DNA of 63,826 nt, the filler included, from Octopus bimaculoides (Eukaryota), in NCBI RefSeq assembly GCF_001194135.2. It is 8 parts of 8 records of this genome, joined end to end, with 100 filler letters (N's around TTAATTAATTAA, not from the genome) between each part and the next. Parts side by side here need not be neighbours in the genome. Positions count along the whole stretch, not along the records: positions 34,289 to 54,338 come from NC_069003.1; positions 54,439 to 60,485 come from NC_068983.1; positions 60,586 to 62,659 come from NW_026429477.1; positions 62,760 to 63,826 come from NC_069005.1; 4 more parts are not named here. The stretch is one strand, 5' to 3'. The notes below the pieces were generated by a model, which saw nothing but the letters and a program-made list of their open reading frames with translations, was not told the origin of the DNA and ran no database searches. Shown here one piece after another: positions 52,689 to 63,826 of the stretch. Both the position numbers and the translations under genes were made by a program. Position 1 is the first letter of the stretch. Every line of letters begins with the position of its first letter.

Positions 52689-53560
52689 ACCTGTCCATGT
52701 GTCTAAGTGCGTGTATTATTATTGTGTCTGTCTTAATGTGTGTATGGGTATGAAGTAGGTTGTAGAGGGGTGAATGTGCGTGTATGTGTGAAGAGTAGTG
52801 CATGTGTGTGTGTGTCTATATGTGATTTTGCATGTGAATAACCTGGCTGGTAGATAGACGTGTATGTACAAATGTGTGTGTGTGTGTGTGTTTGTGTGTG
52901 TCGTGCGTACCTATATATGTGTATATGTAAATTAATTATGTGATAGTTAAATGTGTATGTATGTTTGTATGAGTGTATGAGCATAGATGCGGGAGTGAGC
53001 TGGATGTTGGAAAGACGTATCACTATGTGTGTGTGTGTGTGTGATTGTGTTTTTGTGTCTACATGAGTGCGTACGTTTCGTGTGTGTTTATTCATGTGCG
53101 CGTGTGTGCGTCTGTTTGTGTGTGTTGTGCGTTGTGTGCATATCTAGGCGTGTGTTTATATGTGTGTCTGTGTGTGTGTGTGTGTGTGTATTTGTAGAGG
53201 GAAAGGTCGTGTTTCCCAGACAAATCTTTCAGCCAAATATAAAGAAATATGAGAAGCCACAACAAACAAGAACAAAAACAACAACAATATCAACAATAAC
53301 AGTAGCAACAACAACAGCAACAGCAGCAGCAGCAGGTGCAGCGATAACAACAATAATCACCTCACAAAAACATCATAGCAACAATATCATCAACATCAAC
53401 ATCAATCGTAGCAACAACAGCAAGACTATCAACAATAACAACAAAAGTTGCAGTAACAACATTAACAACAACACAAAAGACAAGAACAGTAATGGCAATA
53501 ATTATCTGTCTGCTACTATTTTTGATACCGACCTCGACAGAATAATGATCATGATGCTGC
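51780..53560. repeat. Compound (CAT)/(ATT)/(CAC)/(TG)/(CAA) microsatellite field
   Basis: Simple repeats. Confidence 0.9.
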
Positions 53561-53594
53561 CGCTGATGCTAATAATATTACTCCATGCTATAGG

Positions 53595-53787
53595 CACAAG
53601 GCCTGACATTTTTTGGGGGCGGGGAGAATAGTGGTTTACGTAGACCCTTGTACTTTAGTAGTAGTTGTTTAATTGTCCTCGAAACGATTAAAGACAAACT
53701 CGATCTCGGCAGAATTTGAACTCAGATCATAAAGATGCTAAGAATTTTGCCTGGTATGCTGATGATTCTGCCAACACACCACCTTCA
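53595..53787 (-). mobile_element. SINE family A, tail type 2
   Basis: Reverse complement of the family A consensus; the head abuts the (TAA)n tract. Confidence 0.75.
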
Positions 53788-53834
53788 TAATAATAATAAT
53801 AATNNNNNNNNNNATAATAATAATAATAATGATG

Positions 53835-53899
<65 letters not shown>

Positions 53900-54338
53900 T
53901 TGTTAAACAATTCAGTGATGACATCAGGATAATTGTTAAACAATTCAGTGATGACATCAGGATGCTTGTTAAACAATTCAGTGATGACATCAGGATGCAA
54001 TTTGGCCTTGATAAATGTGCAAAAGCTACCTTTATCAAAGGAAAAATGACAAATACATCTAATGTGAACCTTGACCAGCAAAATGTCATAAAAGAGTTAG
54101 AACCAGCGGAGAGCTACAAATACCTAGGGGTAATTGAAGGGGACAATATCAAGCACTCAGTGATGAGGGAAAGGATCAGAAAAGAATGTTATCGCAGGGT
54201 GAGAGCAATACTGAAGACAGAGCTGAACGCGAGAAACAGGATCGAAGCGATCAACGCTCTAGCCATACCAGTCGTGACTTACAGTTTCAACATCGTTAAC
54301 TGGTCAATTACTGAAATATGTAATGTTGACAGAAAAAT
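53900..54338 (+). mobile_element. R4/Dong-clade LINE fragment with a triplicated 33-bp 5' junction
   Basis: Open frame KQFSDDIRMQFGLDKCAK..YKYLGV..NALAIPVVTYSF, same subfamily as 40435-42610; preceded by (TAA)n and cut by a scaffold end. Confidence 0.9.
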
Positions 54339-54542
54339 NNNNNNNNNNNNNNNNNNNNNNNNNNNNNNNNNNNNNNNNNNNNTTAATTAATTAANNNNNN
54401 NNNNNNNNNNNNNNNNNNNNNNNNNNNNNNNNNNNNNNAAAGCTCTACAGTTGTATTTGACCCCTCTGTGTGCAACCCTGTGTGGCTAATAAAAGAAAGT
54501 TATCTCTATATATATACACGCATATATACACGCATATATATA

Positions 54543-54579
<37 letters not shown>

Positions 54580-55094
54580 GCACACAATTACACGTATAGT
54601 TACTTATAAAACGTGTACAAATATATACTTATATGTGTGTATGTGTATAAATGTACATGCACATACACACACAAACACACACTCACAATATATAAATTAA
54701 GAAGTTATATATTATACATGCATTCGTACAATCGAACAAACACGAGAATACGCGCGCGCGCACACACACACACACATACACACACACATGCACACACACA
54801 CACACACAATCATGTAGTTAGGAATATAATGCAAGCTGTATCTTCTTGAAGCGAATATCCTTATTTCAGTATTCCAAAGTCGTCTGTAGACGTTGTATGC
54901 GGTATGCACAAGAAGTGAAAAATACCGGAAATTATTTGATTCTCTGTCTCAAGAATTTCTAATAGGAGATATCTCACATATTTCTTCTACGTGAACGATT
55001 TTGTTGCTTCTATTAGCAAACGAAACACGTGTAATGGCAAATGAATTACGCCAAACAAAGTTTCCCGTGTTCTGTGTTCTTTTATATATATATA

Positions 55095-56027
55095 TACAGA
55101 TTCTGATGTCACGAGGCGACAGAGGGCTATGTCTGGACAGACTCAGGAGAACTGTACGACCGTGTGACACCAAACCCAAGTGACATCCAAGAGCTCTTTA
55201 TTTGTAACTCTTATACTCCGTGTTTTTCTCCTTGTCTCCGTATTCTTTCTGTTGAAGAGCGTAGCTCGAAACGTCAAAGACTTTCCGTATTCCCGAGCAT
55301 CATACTAATATATACTTTTGTTATTTACACCACCTGTCCTCGTCTGTTGTTATTATTTGTATATTCTCCCCCCTTTATATATANNNNNNNNNNNNNNNNN
55401 NNNNNNNNNNNNNNNNNNNNNNNNNNNNNNNNNNNNNNNNNNNNNNNNNNNNNNNNNNNNNNNNNNNNNNNNNNNNNNNNNNNNNNNNNNNNNNNNNNNN
55501 NNNNNNNNNNNNNNNNNNNNNNNNNNNNNNNNNNNNNNNNNNNNNNNNNNNNNNNNNNNNNNNNNNNNNNNNNNNNNNNNNNNNNTATATATATATATAT
55601 ATAACGAAGGCAGCTATACGCAAAATAAATACAAAATGGAAAAATTCAATTGTCACTAATTGTGACTGGGGCTGCAGGGTAGCATCTACATTGCTAGAAA
55701 TAAAAGTTAAGAACTCTTAGAGCCGCCAAAAAGCACATGTGTATGCACTGACGTGTAATGTGTGTATGTATGTTTGTATGTATGTACGTACGTACATACG
55801 TATGTATGTGTATGTATGTGTGTATGTGTGTATGTGTGTGTGGATATATTTTTGTGAATACATTTATTGATTCACAATGGAATATTATATAACTTTGATA
55901 CAGCAGTATAAGAGTTACAAATAAAGAGCTCTTGGATGTCACTTGGGTTTGGTGTCACACGGTCGTACAGTTCTCCTGAGTCTGTCCAGACATAGCCCTC
56001 TGTCGCCTCGTGACATCAGAATCTGTA
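55095..56027. mobile_element. Element bounded by identical 123-bp inverted repeats (55095-55217 and 55905-56027)
   Basis: Arms are exact reverse complements; ends read TA|CAG...CTG|TA; the interior has a hammerhead-like motif, microsatellites and a gap. Confidence 0.7.
55244..55280 (+). ncRNA. Minimal type I hammerhead-like motif (CUGUUGA core variant)
   Basis: TCTTT-CTGTTGA-A-GAGC-GTA-GCTC-GAAA-CGT-C-AAAGA: perfect stems I and II, palindromic ACGT, GTC triplet. Confidence 0.6.
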
Positions 56028-56235
56028 GCTGTTGTTCTCATGTATAACAGTGTGAAAAGGGAATCCACTATCTTAAACCTGCTGGGCATTTCGTTGATGA
56101 ATTAATAAACCATCTGCACCCCATTTTAGCTGTCTTGACCATCACTATCAACTGAACAGGAGACATGTCATCCTCGCCCCCTCAACCATCTATTTATATA
56201 CAGCAGATACATACCTCTAACAGTGGCACAGCATA

Positions 56236-56337
<102 letters not shown>

Positions 56338-56645
56338 CACGTATCGTCTATATATGACGCGTCCTTGGACACATGGTGTACTATGATAACGTATATAGAA
56401 ACATAATATACGCACCAATTGTTCGTTGCCACAAAGACACCATATTTTAATGTTTGTGATGGTAAACGGTTCCAACTGAGAATCGAAACAGTGTTACAAT
56501 TCCGAAAGCGAAATCAAGTTTCTTACAACTGAAAAATCTTTTGTGTTGTTAATTATTGAGTGAGAAAGCAGGGCCATTGTTAAGCAACAATTGTAGCCCT
56601 GTGGAATGTAGTTCCTTCTAATAACCGGAGTTCAAATTTGGAAGT

Positions 56646-56694
56646 ATGGAGGACCTTGATGGAGAAGCTATTACAAGAGTCAGGAATAATGTTG
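56646..56694 (+). CDS. Candidate first coding exon (MEDLDGEAITRVRNNV) of an unidentified gene
   Basis: ATG in AGT-ATG-G context with an upstream in-frame TAA; G|GTATCT donor is phase-compatible with the next exon. Confidence 0.45.
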
Positions 56695-56798
56695 GTATCT
56701 TTAACCTTTTCTTCTTTCTGATAATCTGATCAATTTGAACCAGTCAATTCTCAGCTTTAACCTTATTACTTCATTATGGCTTATATTTACATCCGTAG

Positions 56799-56888
56799 AT
56801 CAAAGTGACATGATTAGAGATTGCAGGGAAGTAGGTGTGGCTGGAACAGTCTATTTAAATATGGCAGTGATAAAAGCTCTTACAAACT
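56799..56888 (+). CDS. Candidate coding exon (DQSDMIRDCREVGVAGTVYLNMAVIKALTN)
   Basis: TTTACATCCGTAG acceptor, T|GTAAGC donor, 90 nt phase 1-1, open, after a 104-nt intron. Confidence 0.55.
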
Positions 56889-58439
56889 GTAAGCCACATC
56901 AGAAAGATTTCTATGCTTGCTGTTGTTGTTATTGTTGTTATTAGCATTATTGAACTACATCTAATCATGTTAAGCAATGTTAATTCCAATGACTTAGAAT
57001 GTATTTATATCTATAATTTGTTCTAGAAACTTTATAGCAAGTAAGTTGAACGTAATCTGCGCCAGAAAATGCTCGGTTTCGTTTTCAAACTGATTCTCAA
57101 AGCTTTATTATCAGAATCAGATAACTAATAGATATTCCATGAAGAAATCACGGAACGTTTATCGCACCGATACTATAATGAGATAGAACTTCTAGTGCCA
57201 CAGACTTTTCTTTTAGTGTTCTAAACATATGTTGCTATGACAATTGATAGAGAGAACAGAAGAATCAATTGAAATCTACATGTGTGTGTGTGTGTTTGTG
57301 TTAGTGTGTGTGAGTGCTTGTGTATGTGTGTGTGTGTATTTAGGTAACGATTCTGTCAGTTAAGGAATGTATGACAATCGCTCGCTTAGCCTTGGCCGTT
57401 ATTCCACTTTGAAGCTGACACTTCCCGACAAAAGGCAGCAGCCATTCTATTTAAAATATTGACTCGTTTTCACAATCATCATAAAAAGCAACGAGATTCT
57501 AAACATAATAATTACTTGTATTTCTTGGTGTCTACAGACAATAGTGAATATAATTTACTGGGTATAGTAGTTTTCTTGCCTTAAATAATGGAAATAAATT
57601 TGGTTTTGTGAGTTTTCTGGCCACTCACTGCTTTAAAAGTTCTGTTCTAGAACAATGTGTGGCAAAGCCCTTTCTATATAGAATTATTGATAAAAGTTTC
57701 AACACTTACAACTTAGCATATACCAATCCAAATCCAGCAATAACTAAAAGAATAAAACAAATAAACATTAGCTAAATGAGGACAGCATTATCATTTGCGT
57801 AACTTCATTAGCGTCACATCAAAGCCCTTCTAAAATATGGAAGGTTTTTTTCTGTCGCAGCCTTTACAAAATACATCGATTAATTGATTAACTTATTTTT
57901 ATAATGATTACAATCATCGTACAACTAAGACGAAACAATGTCAGAGTCGTTTGAGATCAGAATCTCTTCTGAATTGATTTCTTCTCAGTGATAAAACACT
58001 TTATAAAAGTCAACATATTTTGGTAGATATTACGTGCCAGATCTGTCCATATCTGTCCACATCCGTCTACATCTGTCAATGTCTGATACATTTAACATTA
58101 GAAATAATATTTAAATGTTGCAAAGATTCATTACAACTAACAAAAACACGCAAACTGTTATATTTATAATTTTTGGTGATTCATTGAAATTTCAGATTAA
58201 TTAATTAATAATTTAATTAATTTCTAATCTTATCCATCACTGAAATATACACTGAATACATTTCAGTTGAGTATTCAAACATAATTGCAATCAGTTTTAC
58301 AATATTTCGGTTCTCTTAGCATTGCCGTTCAGTTATTGATTGTGGTCCATTTGAGCTTCCGTAATATTTCGGGGATCTAGCAACATTTCCTCCATTCGTT
58401 CGTCAGATCACTTGCTCTGTCTTTTCTTTTAATTCCGCA

Positions 58440-58632
58440 TCTCTCCGCCTCTTTCTTTGTTTCCCTCGCTATTTCTGTGTCTCTCTCCCTATCTCCCTCC
58501 CTCCATCCCTCCGACCTTTTCCGTCTTCCTCTCTATCAGACTGACTCTCTCTCTTTCTCTCCCTCACTCTCTTACTCCCTCTCTCATTTTACATTACACT
58601 CTCTTACTAAACGTTATAGTTTATCTCTGTCC

Positions 58633-58684
<52 letters not shown>

Positions 58685-58697
58685 GTATCTATCTATG

Positions 58698-58762
<65 letters not shown>

Positions 58763-58777
58763 GTAAAACGGAAACAG

Positions 58778-58845
<68 letters not shown>

Positions 58846-58973
58846 GTATACATACATACATACATAAATACATACATATATAGACGCATACCCTTACACA
58901 CAAACATACACACATATACAAAAGAAGAGAAGAAAAAGAAAGAGAATGAGTGAGACACGCATATAAACATACG

Positions 58974-59049
<76 letters not shown>

Positions 59050-59150
59050 CATACATACATACATACATAGATGCATACATACATACATTCATACATACAT
59101 ACATACATACATATATGTAAGCACACGATGACGCACACACACACACTCAC
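58440..59150. repeat. (CT)n/(CTAT)n/(TA)n/(TG)n/(CATA)n field
   Basis: Simple repeats. Confidence 0.9.
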
Positions 59151-60152
59151 ACATTACATTCAACATTTTTGCAACCCCAGATGATTCAATTCCACCTCCT
59201 CTTCCTTCTCTTCCTCCTCCTCATTCTACTGTTATGTTCAATACAGACAGGAAATACGTCTATCAATGTTTAACTACAGTTTTACATATATTTATACTAA
59301 CAACATGCTAACTGCTTAAAATATTTTATAAAACAGCCTCTTTTTAGATTCCAGAACAGCCTGCTGGGTGAATTATATTTTTGGAAACCACTTTATTTCC
59401 TTGTCTTGGACACAATATCACCAATATTTATCCAACTTGTATGAATTGACTTGAGGATTTGTGTTTTTCTTTTATAAATCATCTGGAGAAGGCGGTGCAG
59501 TGCCCATCATTGTTCCAGACTGTATTTAATAGGTTGTATGGAACGTAACAGTGTTGATGTAAGGAGGTAACAGTGTTGATGGCAGCGTGATGAACATCTG
59601 CAACAGATTCAAGTCAGCTGAAGATAATCCAAAGAGGCATATTAAACTTTATCAAGTATCACAGGTAAATTCTTTAATCTGAATTGGAATAAAAATTTAA
59701 GTAGGAATTGTATGTATTTGAAGTAAAATCATTGAAACAAAATGGCCTGAATGATTAGTTCTGCGCTGTGGGACAAAAGTGTTGATAATCACTTCTTGGA
59801 GAGCTTGGTGTTAGTGTGCAGCGCTAAGGATGAGAGGGAAATATAGATATAACATGTCTGTAGTGAGTTAACGAAGTGGAATGTATTAAAGAAGAAGAGA
59901 AGCTGACTAATGTCTCAGGGAAGAGACAGTTATTAATATAACCGACTGTTATTGGTTTTAAATGTAGATTTATTATCAGGGTAAAGTAGTATTAGGTTTC
60001 GAAGCAGCTGTTGATATGCATGTGCGCATATATGCATGTATGAATGCAGTTCTGTATGCGTTTATGTGTGCATCTGTGTATGTATGAAACCTGAAGATGA
60101 CCTTGACTGGATCTGAACTGAGAGCGTAAAGAGAAAAACAAATACCAAATGG

Positions 60153-60232
<80 letters not shown>

Positions 60233-60240
60233 TGATGATG

Positions 60241-60485
<245 letters not shown>

Positions 60486-60749
60486 NNNNNNNNNNNNNNN
60501 NNNNNNNNNNNNNNNNNNNNNNNNNNNNNTTAATTAATTAANNNNNNNNNNNNNNNNNNNNNNNNNNNNNNNNNNNNNNNNNNNNATAAATGTCCTATAA
60601 ATTCCACACAGCCTTAGTTTTGTTGTCTCATTTTACTTAACATATACATGCTCACACAAGAACTGCATAAGACTCCCCACTCATGTAATTATAGAACCAA
60701 GAGTCTACTTACAGTCCTCCCATAGCACTTACATAGCCTTACCTAGATT

Positions 60750-61445
60750 CGAGATCCTCTTGCTTACACCTTTCACTAGGTTCTTGAAAACTANNNNNNN
60801 NNNGATTCGAGATCCTCTTGCTTACACCTTTCACTAGGTTCTTGAAAACTATAAGGGATAGCAGGAAGCTGTGCTAATATAGGACAGTCTCTCATTTGGT
60901 TTGTGATAGGGCCTGTATGTACCAGAGCCCAGATCTAACGTAACATCTAAGAAATCAACTGTCTCAATGTCTCAATGGTGATCTTAAATCCCATTGAGTC
61001 TAAAGCACTAATTAGGTCCTTCCTAAGTCTATCTAGTGTGTGCTCATTGGCTCCTCTAGAGATGGCTAGGGCATCATCTCTGTAGAGACTGAAGATGACC
61101 TCTTCCCTAAAATGTTCAGGATGTACAGTCTGATAAGATCATCGACATCAGTGCTGTTATATGCTCCTATAGCCACATCAAGGGAACCCTCAGGGTCAGA
61201 TTGCCTGACCCAAGTTGAATGTTTGTTGAACAGCACTGTCTTCCTGGCATGCATGATAATTCTAACATCACTATCACTAATGTCTGTGAAGCCCTTAGCA
61301 AAGGAAAGTGCCTTCATCAATAACTTTTTTGAAATCAATGGATAAAAGTTAACAATATCAAATTGTGTAAACCTAGCCCTGCCTCTGCCCTGGTTGGCAA
61401 TAAACCATGAGGATACCTCACTGGTGCTGTACCACAGAGGCTTAA
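60750..61445 (-). mobile_element. Penelope-like RT segment (YRDD type), inverted relative to its endonuclease
   Basis: FDIVNFYPLISKKLL, LDVAIGAYNSTDV, SLYRDDALAI, VDFLDVTLDL..YRPYHKPN, KRISNL. Confidence 0.88.
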
Positions 61446-61449
61446 GGAC

Positions 61450-62659
61450 TCATCAATGGAGCTACAGTGACACCTAGATCTGCTATCTGCATTACCAGAA
61501 AGGTACCATCCAATAGCAATATTAGCAGCTTCACCAGGTCCCACGTCAGTACAATCGCCACAGCCAGACATGATGACCAGTCAAGGAGCAGCATCACAGA
61601 TGTGATCAACGACCCCAGTACCACCACCACAGATGATGAACAAACTGTTGTCATAGATACAGATAGGGTGACCAGCCCCGCACCATATATTNNNNNNNNN
61701 NAACTGTTGTCATAGATACAGATAGGGTGACCAGCCCCGCACCATATATTATCACCAGTACAATTGCCACACCTAAAGATGATGACCAATCCAGGACCAC
61801 CACAGATGATGACCAAACAATTATCATTGACACTGATGGGATGATCCGCCCCGCACCATATGTTACCACTGGCCCCACCTGCACTCATGTCAGCAACTAT
61901 ATCACCAACCACATGACCAGTAGTGATAACCATGGTGATAACACCACAAGATCATTGTGCTATATTGACTGCATCAGCAAGTGTTACCAAAAGCATCTCC
62001 AGGCCTGGAGACTATCAGAGATATACCAGTAGTGTGAGTATAGTCACATCCCAAGTTTGTAAATATATCGGATCAGACAGTACATCTTTCAAATGTTGCT
62101 TTCACAACCACCAGTCATCCTTCGGAGTCTCAGAGTCCATATGTGGCACCTCAAAGATCAAGAGAGCCTGTGTGATATCAGGTGGAAAATAATAGATCAT
62201 CCAGGCCCATATATTAATGGNNNNNNNNNNCAGGTGGAAAATAATAGATCATCCAGGCCCATATATTAATGGGAGTGGCCATTGCAAAATATGCATTGTG
62301 GAGAGAGCCAAAGTTCTTCAGGACTATACTAAACCTGGCGTGTTAAATAATCGTAGAGAAGTTTTTTTCTAAATGTGTCCACTTCAAGCACTACCTACTG
62401 GAAAACTGGATCTCTGTTTGCTGGTTAGGCTTCTTCGGGTCTATAAGTTTGTTTTATCCTCTGGTTGAGGGGAGACAACCCGTCCTCATTAATGTCTTTA
62501 TATGTTATGACTTAACTCTCGATTTCTGGGTGTTTCCTCACATCTGTGATGTAGAAAGTTTTAATTTTTCAGAGTTTGATGAGCTGTCCACAAGCCTTTG
62601 GCTTTGTGAATATGAAACCTTTGGTAACGCTACGTCCAAAATTAAAACTTTTGTTGTAA
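61450..62659 (+). mobile_element. Penelope-like 3' part: Thr/Asp-rich linker, GIY-YIG endonuclease and 3' terminal repeat
   Basis: KYIGSDSTSFKCCFHNHQSSF, MWHLKDQ..WKII..PY..CKICIVER..LNNRRE; hammerhead-like motif downstream. Confidence 0.82.
62571..62631 (+). ncRNA. Type I hammerhead-like motif in the Penelope 3' repeat
   Basis: AGAGT-TTGATGA-long stem II-GAAA-CCTTTGGT-A-ACGCT; only C3 of the core is changed. Confidence 0.6.
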
Positions 62660-62759
62660 NNNNNNNNNNNNNNNNNNNNNNNNNNNNNNNNNNNNNNNNN
62701 NNNTTAATTAATTAANNNNNNNNNNNNNNNNNNNNNNNNNNNNNNNNNNNNNNNNNNNN

Positions 62760-63135
62760 AATTGATGTATCAATACCAGCAGATGACAACGTTTCCCTAA
62801 AAGAAATGGAAAAACTTTCAAAATACAAAGACTTGGAAATAGAGGTAACTCGAATGTGGAATCTAAAAACAGAAACAATTCCTATCATAGTAGGTGCATT
62901 AGGTATAATAAAAAATATTTAGACAAATACATAACAAAAACACCAGGACTTACAAATATATATAACATGCAGAAAATTGCACAACTGGGCACTGCACACA
63001 TCCTACGCAAAACACTTTCAATACAGTAACCATAAGAGCATCACAGCAAACTACAGCACATACCCAAGGGGCACAGAGCTGCGCTCGGTAGTGAAGTGAA
63101 AGCACGTTATAAAACTAAAACTACTGAACAATAAT
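62760..63135 (+). mobile_element. 3' end of an R4/Dong-clade LINE (RLE domain and UTR) ending in (TAA)n
   Basis: IDVSIPADDNVSLKEMEKLSKYKDLEIEVTRMWNLKTETIPIIVGALG..GTAHILRKTLSIQ*. Confidence 0.9.
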
Positions 63136-63255
63136 AATAATAAAGAGACCCCGTGAGACCTCTGACAACAGGTTGCTGTCCGCTCTCACCGAATTAACCT
63201 GAGCAAACAAGACCGAGTGCTCTGAGAAGTAAAACAAAAAACAACAACAATAATG

Positions 63256-63826
63256 ATTTCTTTATTAACCACAAAGGGTTTATACAAAAAAGCATTATGG
63301 ACAACACAGGAAAAATACAATGTAGGAGTGCATGAATGTCACGTAAATAATGAAAAACAAAAACAATAATCGAATATAACAATAAAGTTCCCCAAAAGGA
63401 GACCTCCTAGGACTGATCGTAAATACCCCCAGAAGTCCACAACAGTCCTGACCACCAGTGTAAATGCCCTTTCCACTATGTCTACAGGTTCATACTTAGA
63501 GTAGGTCCATCCACTCGGGCTATTTATGCGACATTCACCCACCACATTGCTTTTCAACTGAAACTTGAAAAAGTTGATGAGGGTTTGGCCAAAGAGGAAA
63601 GTATCTGTCTTCAGCCCTTTCAATCTGGTCCATCACACAACCTCTTTCACTAAGGCCACCAGGCAAGGAAAAACCGCCTGCCCTTCCTGACCAAAGGATG
63701 GCGGCGGGGCTATCCTCACAATGGACTCAGCCGAAGCCAGATCTGTCCTACACATGACAGCAGGTGTTCGACATAATCCCACAAATCAGAAATACTCGGG
63801 TACTGGGCAAGAGCGTGGAGAGCGGT
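63256..63826 (-). mobile_element. 3' end of an L1/Tx1-clade LINE
   Basis: LHALAQYP..LWDYVEHLL knuckle-like segment, then KGLKTDTFLFGQTLINFFKFQLK, UTR ending AATAAAGAAAT plus (ATT/GTT)n. Confidence 0.7.

Noticed and set aside
60088-60125. CCTGAAGATGACC..GGATCTGAAC as another hammerhead
   Set aside because: GAAA, stem III and stem I cannot be placed.
60755-62270. Exact direct duplications flanking 10-N gaps (around 60794, 61692, 62221; also 21042 and 52247)
   Set aside because: Typical unmerged contig overlaps, not real tandem repeats.

Overview
Eukaryotic, repeat-dominated draft-assembly sequence. The SINE families, microsatellite density and LINE content point to a cephalopod, most likely Octopus (inference). 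It is not one contiguous locus: seven artificial 100-bp joins (44 N + TTAATTAATTAA + 44 N) split it into eight scaffolds, and there are many other N gaps. Almost all long ORFs in the track are artefacts of Ns or microsatellites. Real content: (i) about 30 SINE copies from five families, here labelled A, B, D, E and R; (ii) non-LTR retrotransposon remnants: at least six R4/Dong-type pieces, most sitting in (TAA)n tracts, two Tx1/L1-type pieces and RTE 3' ends; (iii) two Penelope-like elements, one Neptune-type and one YRDD-type with an inverted RT and an expanded Thr/Asp linker; (iv) a DD34D mariner remnant and several MITEs, one carrying inverted telomere-like repeats; (v) up to six hammerhead-ribozyme-like motifs of the Penelope terminal-repeat type, two nearly intact; (vi) small candidate exons of at least two unidentified host genes. 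No CRISPR array, rRNA or true tRNA gene is supported. The best leads are a SINE that shares its 3' tail with the Tx1-like LINE, a minimal hammerhead enclosed by perfect 123-bp inverted repeats, the 5'-inverted Penelope element, and repeated priming at an R4/Dong 5' junction. Family and clade names are assigned from recalled motifs, not from database searches.
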